Source: Tubiluchus corallicola (Eukaryota > Animalia > Priapulida). From it: a stretch of DNA of 64,000 nt. Both the position numbers and the translations under genes were made by a program. Position 1 is the first letter of the stretch. The number at the start of each line of letters is the position of its first letter. Positions 1 to 63,870 of this stretch are shown here, one piece after another. The stretch spans positions 1 through 64,000 of the forward strand of contig JAQGDQ010000435.1 in the NCBI GenBank assembly GCA_030141605.1. The letters run 5' to 3'. Under the pieces are notes generated by a model. The model saw only the letters and a program-made list of their open reading frames with translations. It ran no database searches and had not been told where the DNA came from.

Positions 1-1
1 G

Positions 2-50318
<50,317 letters not shown>

Positions 50319-50821
50319 AAATCTGTGTTCCCAACTAATGATGCCATTATCACTTGCTGTGCTTTACCACAGGACAAGAGCTTCTGTTTTTGGTTATTCA
50401 TAATTTCGTGAATAAAGTTTATATACATGTTTATATGTGCATGCTTCCTTGTTGCATATACTGACAACTTAGTGAGCATTTTGCTCAGTATGCTAGTTTG
50501 TGCTAAACGATACAGACGCTTTTAGGCCTTTCGAGTAAATTGAGAGGCCCTATAATTATAGGCCAATAATTAAATTCTGTGATATTTGTAAAATGTGATT
50601 TTTTGTAGTTATAAGAACCGTAAAAAGGTGGTAATTAAAATCTGTATGACAAGGGAATTGCTTCTCTTGACTTTGGACAAGGGTTCAAACATTGGTGATA
50701 GTGAGTAGGCAGAAAACTTTTTTGACGAATTATTTTTGTTTTTTCTTTCCCAGAGACTGTGATGTTCCTATATTTTCAGGTAACAAAAAACATGTGTTTC
50801 TTTTTGAGAAACTTTTCTGCT

Positions 50822-51806
50822 GACACCTCAGGTAAAGTGCCTGACACAGGTATTTGATATTTTGATCAAGGTTTCCAATCCCGAAATTGTAATCCTAAAA
50901 ATTTGGGATCCTGCACCCTTTTTGTGACAGGATTGGAAACCTCAGTTTTGATAACTTTTTTCGAAAAACTCTTTGCAAATTTTGCAGAACAGCAACTTAC
51001 TCGACAAAATTGGCCACAGTAGGCCAATGTCCACACGACAGAACGCTTTTCGCAGTTCTAAATTTTAATTTTAAGTATGACAACTCTAGGACAACTTCTG
51101 AAAGCATTGTATATTGTAGGGCACATTCACGTGCCAAGACAAATGAAGAGATTCACTCTCATTTCTTATTTATTTTGTAACATCATATTTGCTAAAGATA
51201 TGCAAAAACATAGCATTTAATGTAATTATAGTGGTTTGTTCATGTAGTTATGCATCTCTGATGTAGTTACTACATCAAGCGAAGTGACTGCTTTTGCGTT
51301 TGATTCCCAGAGACTTTCCCAGACACCTCAGGTAAAGTGCCTGACACAGGTATTTGATATTTTGATCAAGGTTTCCAATCCCGAAATTGTAATCCTAAAA
51401 ATTTGGGATCCTGCACCCTTTTTGTGACAGGATTGGAAACCTCAGTTTTGATAACTTTTTTCGAAAAACTCTTTGCAAATTTTGCAGAACAGCAACTTAC
51501 TCGACAAAATTGGCCACAGTAGGCCAATGTCCACACGACAGAACGCTTTTCGCAGTTCTAAATTTTAATTTTAAGTATGACAACTCTAGGACAACTTCTG
51601 AAAGCATTGTATATTGTAGGGCACATTCACGTGCCAAGACAAATGAAGAGATTCACTCTCATTTCTTATTTATTTTGTAACATCATATTTGCTAAAGATA
51701 TGCAAAAACATAGCATTTAATGTAATTATAGTGGTTTGTTCATGTAGTTATGCATCTCTGATGTAGTTACTACATCAAGCGAAGTGACTGCTTTTGCGTT
51801 TGATTC
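50822..51806. repeat. 485-bp direct tandem duplication (50822-51306 and 51322-51806)
   Basis: Copies appear identical by eye at a 500-bp offset, separated by a 15-bp filler CCAGAGACTTTCCCA. Confidence 0.95.
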
Positions 51807-54569
51807 ATTCCTGTTTTCTTTCATAACCAATGCATTGGTGCATCTTGTAAGTTGATATCTGTGTCACTGTGCTATTGTTTAAAACAGATCTAAAGCAATA
51901 GTATCTATTGTACTACCATAATTTTTTTAACACTTGTTAGCTTTAATACTTGTCATTTACTATAAATATTATTAGTAGTGGCCCATTTTCATAGGCTACT
52001 TTGTCATGCTAATGCTGTCTGCATTAAATGCAAGCTGACAGCGTCCAAATAATTAAAAACATATTTTCACTGCTTGTGTTTTTCTAACTTTAGTATAACT
52101 TTGTCAAAACTTTTGAGGTAGGTCTTCATAGAGTTTCTAAGTCATAAACTTGTTGAAATATTTTAATACTCGTCATTTTACTTCTTATTTGCTTATTAAC
52201 TTGCGGTGATACAGAAGAATTTAACTGTGATAAAGAAGAACATAAGTGTGATAAATATTTTGTTATTTAAAATTTAATTTATTTATTTACTTACAATTTA
52301 TTTTAAAGTGACACGTTATGCTTGTATTTCTTTTTATGCAAGTTATGATCATGGTTGTTATGTACATTCTGTAAAAGTAGGTATATAAAGTATGTGATAC
52401 ATGTGACATATTAACAGTTATTGTACATAAAATATACAGTAAAGGCAATATATTGTATATATTGTGTTTTTACATAAAATTTTTTAGACAGTGATCAATT
52501 TGATCATATTTTTAGGTGCTTATATCACTGTAAAGCTAGGGAATTCTATGCGTGTGTTTTTCTCACTTCACATAGTTATTTTTATAGTTAATAGTTTAAC
52601 TGTAATTTGATTAATCCTGTTTAAAAAGTCTTAAAGGATGAACTTAATAGTAATTGCCCTTTAATACAGAAGATAAGAAGGTGTAGCATTTGGCCTGCAC
52701 AAAACAAAGCAATTTAATTTTGCAAATATAAATTTTTATGTCACTTTATGACCTACCAAAGGCAGTTTTGATATTGATATTGTAAGACTGTAATATTATT
52801 GTGTTCTGCAACATGTAAATGTTGCAACCTGTGCATTAATCTTAACATTATAACATTCTGACACATTGTTACCGTTATGCACAGTTTATTCACATTCCGT
52901 AATGCTTCCCTGAGATGAACATCATTTTCAAACAATGCCACGCAAACTGTTACGTACCGACCTGTAATCTTGTAATAATAATCCTTTTCAACTGAGTTGC
53001 ACTCAATAACTAAAATGCCACACTCTTACATTTCTGAGATGGGATTTTATCAACAGACTATTTGCTATTATTCTGTAGACTATTGACTGTATTTGAAAAT
53101 GTTCTTGTGCTCATTAGGCTGTAATAAATCTTTATCTGTGATAAAACATTAATAATAATGTTAAACATCCTGTTACTGTATTATTTTCTGTTAATGTTGT
53201 TTACGTTTTTAAGTTTTTCTATTTATTTGCCACGTTCAGTGGCATACTATTATTAGCAGGTTGTGCAATTTAGTTAGTGAAATAAAAATATTTGTAGGAC
53301 CAATAATTATATGATCTTAAATATTACGTTATAGCGATTTGTGTTGTTACATTGAAACATCATTTTTCATGGCTTTAAGAAGCTTTAGAAAATGCAATCA
53401 TTTTACAGATGTAGATTTATATGGATACATAATCTGGTATTTCCTGCTGAAGCTTTTGTACCGTCTATTAAATAAACTAATTAATTTAGAAGCTGCAACT
53501 GCAAGCTACAGAAAATTATAATATTCTCTGTGGCGACCTGCTTGTGGATGGAGCTTTGCTAGAATCACTCTTGGGGAAGTGATTGTGTTACTAAAACTTT
53601 ATCCAAGATATATACAGGAAATGTTATCCTATTCAGTTCTATGCAGCATAATAGCATAGACTGTCTTTTCTAACTGGACCATCCAGTCAATTAATTAGGT
53701 AATTTATAAAATTTTGTGTAATAACCAAAACACTGTTAAATGAATTAAGCTAAAAAATAAAATAAAAATATGAGTTTTACAAATTACTTTTTCGTTCTTA
53801 AACTTCCCCAAAAGTCATTTGATGACTCTCTACAGGAGCAAGTGTAAGCTACTAATCATAGGTTTGTGCTAGAGACAATTCTTTCTTCTAATTCCAATTG
53901 AATATTAAACACATTACCGTTTGCATACTGCTGCTGCCATGTAAAAAATTGTGCAAAACTAACAGTCATAGTAATATCTGAGAAATAAGGGTGTTCGAGG
54001 CTCGGGAGGGATCACACGTTCGGGATCGGAGTTCCCGACCCCGAACTAAAATGTATAATTATAAGTAAATGGAGAAAAGAACGAAATTTCGTGGTTTTAG
54101 CTCAATCCTTGTAATATTGACAACTGCTACAACTTCACCCACCTGTACGTTCAAATGGTTTCGTCTGCAGCAGTTGATAACACTGAGTGCGTTCAGCATG
54201 CAGGTTTTTACAAGCACAAAGAGACTTTTTTGAGGAAGCAAAGATAATTAGGGTTATTGTGTGTAATTCTGAAATACACTGCCTATTTATATAGAAAACT
54301 CTGAAATAGAGCTTTACTTTCTGAATGAAATACACAAACGGTCAATTTGAGAATGTTTTGTGTAAGCCCGTTCGGGACGGGATGAGAAGTGTATGAGTGG
54401 AACTGAATTTTCAGGAACGAGGTTCGCGATTTGAAGATTTGAAAATATTACAGAAGCAAGGATATCCCTCTATTTCTAATGTTTTTGTATAAATATATAT
54501 AAAAACGCAAAAAAACAAAATGGCCGCCAAGTTCTCGAGCAAACAAAAGAAATTGCCCAAGACATTTTT

Positions 54570-55950
54570 ACAAAATGAACCGCTCTCGGGCACGTTTTAA
54601 ACATGCCCTAAAATACTGCAAAAAGCATGAAGAATCAATACAATCTGAAAATTTAGCAAACAGTTTGAGTACTCAAACGCCTTTAAGTTTTGGAAGAAAA
54701 TTAAAATCTCAAAACTATAATACAATGTCCTTGTCTTCAAAAATTGAGTGGTGCACACAACGACAATAACTGTAAAACTTTTGATTGCGTTCAAAATTAC
54801 ATTAGGAATAAACGTTTTAATGTGACAGACCTTAAGATTCTCTTTAAGTATTTATGGTAAATTTTAAGGCAGTTATTGTTATTATTTAAATGTTATATTA
54901 TTCATTGTGTCACATTTGCTAATTTGACTGTATATATCTTTGTTATTATGTATTTGTATGTGCGTATCTGTATTTGAATTTATTTGTAATTTATATTTCT
55001 TCTGCACTTTTGCTTGTACATATACTTGCATGGCAATAGTAAATGTACCATGTGACGAACTATTACAGAAATTTATTGAACTCTACTCATAATAATAGTA
55101 CTGTCAGTGATTGTTTTTATTGGACAACTCTTTTGTGATATTCTTAATGTTGTTAAAGACCTTAAGAAACACAGATCACCTCTGCTTGATGGCATAGCGT
55201 CTGAACACGTCATTTATAGCCATAATAAGGTGTACGTCCTACCTTGCCTTTTGTTAACAATCTCTGTAATCATCAGTATATTTCTAATAGCATTACTGAC
55301 TCAATAATTGTGCCGACCATTAAAGACAAAACATTAGATATTACAGATTTCGTGAATTACGTGCCCACTGCGTTATCTACAGTATTTAGTAAAATACTAA
55401 AACACGTCAAGATGGAAGATGGTCAGGTTACTTAACATCTACTAATTCGCAATTTGGATTTGAAAATGCCATAATGTAGATCTATATATTTATCTCCTTA
55501 AAGAGATCATTCAACAAATCAGAAATCAGACTTATATGTTCTGCAAATGCAAAGCATTTTTGTAAAGCCCTTGATATGCTTAATCTTCGAATTTTATTCA
55601 AAAACTGGAAGTCAGACGTTTCCCTATCCAAATCATTGTCTTACTGATATTTTGGTATAACGCACTAGCATAGATTGGGGCAAAATTGTTTCCAATTCAT
55701 CTAACCTTGGTGTAATGGTGTTCATCAGGTTGGCGTATTCTCTCTTCTCTGCTCCTCACCTCTAAAATCTGTCTCAGATAGCTAAGGTTGCTGGCTGTCT
55801 TGCTAATATAATCATTAACCATTTGCTTTATGTTGATGACCTTTGCTTAATCGCTCCTTCCGTACCTGCTCTGCTGGATTTATTGACTCGCTGTCAGTGT
55901 TTGGTCAGGATAACGACATTGTTTTAATGCATGAAAAGTAGAATGTATGT
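54570..55950 (+). mobile_element. Decayed non-LTR retrotransposon (RT region)
   Basis: NRSRARFKHALKYCK...LANSL; SPLLDGIASEH; IIVPTIKDK...NYVPTALSTVFSKI; QFGF; INHLLYVDDLCLIAPS; interrupted at ~54780-55050. Confidence 0.82.
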
Positions 55951-58899
55951 ATAATATGGCGAATAGTTTACGTGATATGACTCTTGATACTGATTCAACT
56001 AATCTGATGGAGAAGATATTTAGGAAATTTCATATCAACCCCACAAAGTATAAAGAAACGCTGGTTTTATTAAACAGAAAAGACTACTTTATGCTAGTAA
56101 TAATGCCATCATTTGGCGATTTAAACATTGTACAATCGGTGACAAGATTTTTTTGTTCTAAGGAGAAAGTATTTTGCCTGTACAACAATAATTCATTACA
56201 CATATCGCATAATAATCGCACTGGAAACAGCAACTTTACAAATACAGCTTCGACAATGTCTGAGTTAAGGAGTCTTATTATTATATAGCTTAACGCTGCG
56301 TTTAATTGATAGTAGGCAGTGAAAATTCCTTATTATATCGCTGCCTGGGAATACTGGTTGGTAATGCAGTTTGAAAACAAAACTAAAATTATTGAATGCT
56401 GTTTTATGTCACTGAGAGTGTAACGTGATAGAAACGGAGCGCATCAGCGCACTACATCATGCAAGTAATTGCACCAAATAAAATACCCTTCACATTCAAA
56501 ACTGCGTTCTGCAACCTAATTGAACTGAGATCGCTGCTAAAGTTTCGGTTTAATGAACAATAAAATATTCGTCCGAAAGCAACCTGTATAACTGAATAAA
56601 TTTTGTTAACACAAAATAATACATGCAAGTTCTGCGTTTCTTCTGACGTCTTTCGCCGGCGCTAATCATCAGCTTGCTCTGCCCCCTAAAATAAATATTA
56701 AGATATATCATATAGTTCTTCTAGAAATGAATTATGTCACTGGTATATAATGAGAATTTCTAATTTAATTTAAAATGGCTATTTTAATGAAATCAATGTT
56801 TTAAGTCGGATAATTTCTTTAATTAGTTCTTGTCTGCGTTTGATTTAGAATGCTATTGCGTATCGTAAAACGTATCGCGGCTAAAATTTACTGCCAGTGA
56901 AACAAACCTTTAATAACGATAATGTACCTTTAATGACGCCATTAATGAATTGAAAAGCATTTCGTGTTGCAAAATAATCATCTTTTATTGCACACTGTTT
57001 CTTGCGGGTGGTTTTTACAATTACTTATACTAACTACAAAGTTTCACCAACTGCTGGAAATCTAAATAATTTAATTCGGAAAAATGGTACCCTAATAATG
57101 GTAATAGTAGATGCAGCAGCAACAGCAAAAGCAGCGATGGAAATGACCACTACTATATGTATTACCCCCACAGATGGATCTTATCAACACCAAAAACTAA
57201 ATTCTGACGATCTAGAAGACGCTGCATGATGCTGACAGGTTCTTTCGAAAACAACCAACCATTTGTTTACTTATTTTTGACGTTTCTGTGTTAGCTTGCA
57301 AGTTTTTACTAACTGTATACAGATAAAGTCACATGAAGGCCTATAATTAGAGTAATGATATGTATGAATTTCGAATTTTTGATTAATGAGTGAATTAATC
57401 GATGATTAAATTATTTGTAAAGAAATTGGAAAGCAGGTCAAAACCAGTTTAATGGCCCTGACCAAGCTGATGCGATTTGGTAGAACGGGTTCTAACTCTG
57501 CTTTACAGATTCTGTTTTGAGTTTTGCTCTCTATTGTCGAAAGTTTTGCTAACAACAAATAATCAGTATTGGTTCTTATTTATCTTATTATTGGTCGAGG
57601 GTTGAGATTCGAGCCAAATCGCTACTCATCTAAATGTTGTTGTTCTTTTTGTTGTTTTTTATTGTTTAGAGATGAACCTTTTGGAAAATGCCTAATCCTC
57701 TGCTATACTATAATATACTAGAACGAATTTCGCATCGGTTAATGAGTCGGATTTTCGAACCGTCATTTTGAATTCAAGATAAGGGAGATTAAACATTTTG
57801 TTGATACAGCTTGGAACATAGGTATCTCTGAATTATGGAAATTGCCTTAAAGTGTGTACACTCGTATTTTGTCCCACACTGCTGGTACCGTTCCGCCGAA
57901 CAAGCAAAACTGTGTATTAAATTCTATATAGGCTGTAAAATTAGTAATAACTCGACAATTAACTCGACAATTTTAGCCAAACATATGTTATATGATGTAA
58001 ACTCAGTAATGGGGTTTCAACTTCTATAAAACTGTTATATAAAATAATGTAACTCTGAAAGATGTATTTAGACAATTTCCGTATTACCTCGTAGGATTGT
58101 GAAAGGATGTGATTTATCTCCTATGCAGCTAGCGAAAATAAGCGTAGCGAAAAAATATATAAGTAGTATACAAAATAGGAATTTAAATTTTTTGTTAAAT
58201 GTTAGAGTATGTGGCGTCTTTTTAAATTAATTGCTTTGTCTTCTTGTATGTAAATGGCATCCGCGCATGTTTTTTGTCAGTGTTTAATATATCTATTTTA
58301 CTTTTGCCATTAGTCTACTTGTTTTTTAATTGAGCCGTTTATGTAGTTGTACGTGTGTGTTCAAAAATAAAAAATGTTAATTATAATAGTGTTGTATCAA
58401 TTTAAGAGTCTCTATTAAAGACTCGATCAATTCGCATTGGAGCGTCATGAAACTTTACAAAAGTTACTTGTTAATCTTTAATAACAGACTATTAGTCTTT
58501 AAAGATTTAGTAGGCACAGTGTGACAGAGAAGCCAAAATGCGATAGCCTTTTACCTAATCATAAGTACCAAAATCATGTAAGGGGTGATTACTAATTCAA
58601 AAAACTTCAATGTTCTTTTTAACACTCACTCTAGATAATTAGATTATGTGATTATAATTTGTGATTAGATTATCCTGAAGTCATACTACGCCTTAGGTGC
58701 GTTTGCTCACGTACATAACTTGTGTATATTACAGAATGGCAATCTGTGGGCGACGCGACAAAAAACTACGCATGCGTCGGCTTCTGAATCTAGCATGACC
58801 ACCTCTAAGCTCGAGCACACATTGCCTCAAAATAATCTGCGTGTTTGGGGTTTTCCGTGACATGTCTAACAAATGTGTATTGCGTGTCTTACGTATAAC

Positions 58900-58920
58900 T
58901 GCTTTTCTTCATTTGTACAG
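58900..58920 (+). promoter_or_regulatory. Possible splice acceptor of a 5'-UTR intron of the GPCR
   Basis: GCTTTTCTTCATTTGTACAG ~210 nt upstream of the ATG. Confidence 0.3.
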
Positions 58921-59131
58921 ATAAGTCAAATAAGTCAGATAAGAAATTTACCTGCGTGAGATATTTATGGCGCATGTGCGACGGTTGAGTTTCAATAACT
59001 TTCTATAAGGAGCTTATAACAAGACCTGAATCACGATGAAATAGCTTGAAAAACTAATATTTCATCCAAGCTAGGGTAGATTTGTGATGAGTTTAGAAAT
59101 GTGAGAGAATAATTATTGCAACAACAACAAC

Positions 59132-60448
59132 ATGAGTTTGGATGATTTAGAACCATCCTATATTCGTATGATAGTAAACATTTTGGAAAATGCTCATTCG
59201 GACACGGTTGACTTTCGCAAACCGATCCTGCGTTTATCGATTCGGTATGTCTACCCTTTGTTCATATTTCTGTATGGTTTAGTTGCGATTATTGGCACCG
59301 TCGGAAATGGCCTCGTCATCTATTTTCTCATTAAGAAGCGGCTACCCGATCCTACGCACTATTGCATCTGCAATCTGGCCGTATCCGATATCATCAAGTG
59401 TCTCGTCGTGATGCCCATGACGTTGACGAACTTGCTTATCAAGAACTGGATCTATGGAAGTTTCCTCTGCTTCTTTCTTCCAATGCTACAGTATTTCCCG
59501 GTGCACGTGTCCACGCTCACTTATTTAACCATCGCCGTGGACAGATACAGACTCATTCTACACCCGTTCAAGAATCGAATACCTTCAGGATTGTGCATCA
59601 TAGGCGTGTGGGTATTAGCACTGTGCTTGGTGTTGCCGTATGTCATCTACGTCAAGTACATTGATCTCGAACTGCATCTGGGTGAACAGTTTGAAGGTGT
59701 TGGACTTTGCGTGGTGAATCAGGAGAGGAATATAGAAGAATACACGCGCGCCATGTTCGTCAGCCTCTACGCAGTTCCTCTAGCTATCATCGCCTTTCTC
59801 TGCGTCAAGATATCTACAGAAATAAAAGCAAGAGATGTTCCACCAAACGTCGTCCGCTTTGCCAGTACCCTGTCAGAGGTTAATACTGATGACGACAGTG
59901 GTTATGCCGCTCGCAGTCGGTCACACAGTGTTCCTGAAGGTATGTCAAAGAAGATGCTGGCTCCTCTCGATGTCAGTGGCCAAATACATAAGCATTCCGA
60001 CGAATCGTGCGACAACTCTGAGAAAAGATTTCGTGAAGCAGCATTCATCCAAACCGCTCTGAATTCCACGGAAGAATTTGATGCGCGCATTGAACGCCGG
60101 ACACAGAAGTATCTAATCACCATGGTGACCCTGTTTGCCGCCTGTTGGTGTCCATTAAATATTCTCACTCTTGTCACACACTTCCTCCTAGAGACCGACG
60201 ACAACACAAGCTACTTTGACATCACATTCCTCACGTTTGCTTGGATCGGTTTCTTGTCCACATGCATAAATCCCTTTCTGTTTGCATCTTGGACCATCAG
60301 CCAGGACACAAAGATGCGCCTTCGAGGATACCTCCGTTTTGGCAGTCGGCGGAGTAGCAGCATCTGTGATGATCGCAGCAACGTCGCGTACTTTGGCAGC
60401 TTCCAAGATCAGCCGCACCGTCAGCAGCATCGACAATCAAACACCTAA
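59132..60448 (+). CDS. Class A (rhodopsin-like) peptide GPCR, NPY/PrRP/sNPF-receptor-like; intronless CDS, 438 aa
   Basis: Seven hydrophobic segments; GN (TM1), NLAVSD (TM2), W.YG..LC (ECL1/TM3), DRY, W4.50, ECL2 Cys, P5.50, CWCPLN (TM6), NPFLF (TM7). Confidence 0.95.
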   Translation: MSLDDLEPSYIRMIVNILENAHSDTVDFRKPILRLSIRYVYPLFIFLYGLVAIIGTVGNGLVIYFLIKKRLPDPTHYCICNLAVSDIIKCLVVMPMTLTNLLIKNWIYGSFLCFFLPMLQYFPVHVSTLTYLTIAVDRYRLILHPFKNRIPSGLCIIGVWVLALCLVLPYVIYVKYIDLELHLGEQFEGVGLCVVNQERNIEEYTRAMFVSLYAVPLAIIAFLCVKISTEIKARDVPPNVVRFASTLSEVNTDDDSGYAARSRSHSVPEGMSKKMLAPLDVSGQIHKHSDESCDNSEKRFREAAFIQTALNSTEEFDARIERRTQKYLITMVTLFAACWCPLNILTLVTHFLLETDDNTSYFDITFLTFAWIGFLSTCINPFLFASWTISQDTKMRLRGYLRFGSRRSSSICDDRSNVAYFGSFQDQPHRQQHRQSNT

Positions 60449-61934
60449 TACTGAATTCAACCAATGACAAGATGAAAACTAAAATGTAAGTGTGTTGGCC
60501 ATGACTTTCTTTACTTTTGCATAGTAACGACAAATGTGGTGTAGTACTTGATTTAAAGTTTTATTAGTAATTTTGTTCCTATATTATTTTAAAACAAATT
60601 TTACAATTCATTTTATTAAAGCTGAACCGCCAAGTAACTGTGTTTGTAGGCTGAAATATATTTCATTTATCACAGTAACAGTTATTGTAGATTAAAACTT
60701 GTAAGGGCGGATTATCGATTGCTCTTTTTCTTACATCAAGATACTGAAAAATTCAGTAAATGAAGCTTTTATGAACGCATACGAAAATTGTTGTAGTTAT
60801 AATATATTATTTTTAACATGTACTTTAAATCATACATATCAATATTGATCTCTATTTTTGTGTGAACTTACGCGTATCATAAAACCTAATACTTGCTGAA
60901 AAGAATCAAAATTATGTTTTAAGTGTTGTAAATGTTGTTCAACTTTGTGTTCTACGTTTTTATTTCCAAATGACCAATACAGGCATTGCAACAAACCCTT
61001 TTGCTTGCGCTTATTACAATGCGTGTTACAAGCAGTTTGTTACTTTCAATATTAAAAACAAAACAAAACAAAACAAATAAACATTTGTCGGGGTGATGTA
61101 ACCAATATATTATACGAGCAAATCCGCGAAATAACTTAACCAAATTAAAATTAATCCCGAAAATCATGCCTTCATAGTTATAAGAAATTTACGAGACTAT
61201 TAATGAGAAACAGTAACTCAGTTTCATTATGCATTTGTAATTATACTGCAACGAGTCTATTAGTCTACAGGTTTTTTTATTTTAAAGCAATCGGTTGTAT
61301 ACATATATGGTAATAAATTCAAGTTGATGTAGCTTTCATTTAATGAGTTGCAACATGATTTTGTTGTGTAGCTGCAAGCAGAATTGTGGGAAGTCTCAGG
61401 GAGGAGAGTAATTACAGAAAAGAAGATGAGGTCACGATTGCCTATAACCGAGATTCGATTAAAGAAAGGAAAGTAATAATAATGTCGTGGCAATTAGTGC
61501 TTTGAACTGGTCTGTTGGTAGCTAAAATAGTTACATTTAGCATACTAAACGAGTGACTGAAAAGTGACTTAAGATATGACTAAAAATATGCACACAAACG
61601 AGACAATAATTATTGACTTGATTAAGTGATTAACCAAAATAATTGCTCTTATTTTTGTAGCATATCGCAAAGTTACGTTAGCATATTTCTTGTACATTAA
61701 AGCGTAAGGAGACAAATTGTGGGAGCTCCTACTGTGTCAGACCTATTCACGCCACTTCAGTGTGATCATTTAATCCACGTAAATCAAGTTAAATTGCAGA
61801 ACAAGAAACCTTAGCAAGTTTCTAAGATTCTGCTTTACAGCAGAATTTAAAAACAGAATCTTCTTGATTTACCCATGGTTTTTATTCTTTTTATTTTCAT
61901 TTATTTATTATTATTATTTGTGCCTTTTTGTTTT

Positions 61935-62300
61935 TTTAAAGACTCGCACACGCACAGTGCTAGGGCCACAAAGCTCACAGGGTGCATTCCCCAGGTCGGG
62001 GATTTATGTATGTGTGCAACCTGTTAACCCCGGTCAAAGGTCACGGAGCAGGTGATTCTTGTTTTTCGTTAGGCTGGATATCCTCCTGCAGTTTTTGACC
62101 TAGGGCCACAATTTTTGGTATGTGGCTAGGTGGAGTCGAGGTCTTGCCCACGACTGAATGGAAGCCCCATTTGCGCATAGAAAATTTTCCGCTAGGGGAC
62201 AAAATCCGAAATTGGTTGACACTAATGTTTCCAGTGTCGAATAACAGTGGCTTATAGTGATCAAATGAAAGGTCTCGATGAGGCAATTGACGTCAAACAT
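61935..62300. repeat. Interspersed repeat, non-autonomous element-like (copy 1)
   Basis: Shares TTCCAGTGTC(G/A)A...ATCAAATGAAAGGTCTCGATGAG with 63470-63780; contains GGTCAAAGGTCA. Confidence 0.5.
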
Positions 62301-63399
62301 ATTGGTTTATCGCCCCACCTCCGCTGTAACGTAACCACTCTCAGCGGGATTCGGGACAACAAACAGCTCACGCTGGACAACAACTGTCTTAACTAAACTA
62401 AACTAAATGACAGTCACAACTAATGTTTAATCAGCAGATAGACTGATTGCACTTTCTCATAAACACAAATTTGCAGAACAGCAGCTATTTTTACAGGAAA
62501 TTGACACTTCAAGTAGCCAAAAAATGACTTTTTAATTTAAACAAAATGTAGAGACAAAGTTTCAAAGCACTACAAAATACAGAATCATAAGTATAATAAA
62601 GAAACTAAGCCAGTTAGCCTTGCTTTACAATAAATGAGCAACAAAAATATTGTCTCTCTTGTCGTTGAACATACGAATATCATGCCGCGATGTATTTTTT
62701 CTATATTAACTAATCATGTGCTCGTCTGTAAGGTTTATTCACTTTTTGTATTTTTCCTTTTGTTAGGCTACGGAAATGGAAAAAATTGATTGTTCCATTC
62801 CATAGACGACCCTTATATTGAATGCCCGAGTTACTTAAGTCCCAATGGCAGCTTTTAACCATGATTATAACCAGAAAAATAGCGTAAAATTAACTAACAT
62901 TACATTGATGTATAATATACGTTTTGAGTCACATTCGAATTAATTTTGACTGTGAATATCTCATTGAGGTTTATAAAAACAGGCCAGAAAAGAAAACATT
63001 TTGTTTTGTCCTTATTTAAAGTTAACCAAATAGTTGGTTTTATCTAACTTGCAAAGCCATAAACTAAACTAACATGCGTATTTTCATGATTGCAAAATCA
63101 GCAACTCATAGACGTAAGCGTTGTGCATTTTTTCCTATAAACGAAACTAGACTATATATTTCCACTTATTCACTTGCAACTTCAATTGACAAGAATAAAA
63201 TCTAGAGCCAGGCCAATATTTCTCCTGCTAACTAATGATAAGTTAAGCATTTTTCATAACAATATTAAACGCAGCTGTTGCTAAATGTCCCGAACGTGCA
63301 TGCGTTAAACTCTGTAGGGGTGTGAAATAACTTGCACGCTGATTGGGCAGTCAACGAAAATGATTGACATTATGTTAGACGTCAATGCGAACGATGTGA

Positions 63400-63870
63400 C
63401 TTACGCACAGATTGGCTGACCCCTGACCCACAAGGGTATGTGAGACAAATGCCTTCAGAGTTAAGCAGCAACAGGTTGTAGTATGACAAATGAAAGGTAT
63501 CAAGGAGACTAAGTGAGCGTTATGAGTCACGCACGCCCACATTGGTTGACCTTTGACTCTGAGGTCATAGGTTAAAGTGACAAGTTTCAATTTTAGTAAC
63601 TTGTAGTACATCAAATGAAATGTCTCAATAAGACGAATTGAACTGTATGACCTAAGCCTAGATTGGTGAACCACTGACCTCACTGCGGGGAAAACTAAAA
63701 TTGCAGTTCACCGATACAAATGATTCCAGTGTCAAGCAACAATAGATTGTAGTACATCAAATGAAAGGCCTCGATGAGATAAAGCGAATTTGGTTAACCC
63801 TTGACCTACGAGTCACCAACGATCAAAAAAGTGACACGTTCCGATTTCACCGAATCTAATAGTGTCAAGC
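63400..63870. repeat. Interspersed repeat with three diverged internal subrepeats (copy 2)
   Basis: TGTAGTA(C/T)..CAAATGAAA.G at ~63478, ~63602 and ~63748. Confidence 0.55.

Noticed and set aside
53986-54570. CpG-rich TCGGGA/CCCGA motifs suggesting a hAT MITE
   Set aside because: Could not define matching TIRs or a TSD with confidence.
59362-60533. Overlapping alternative-frame and antisense ORFs within the GPCR
   Set aside because: Expected by-products of a GC-richer coding exon; no recognisable motifs.
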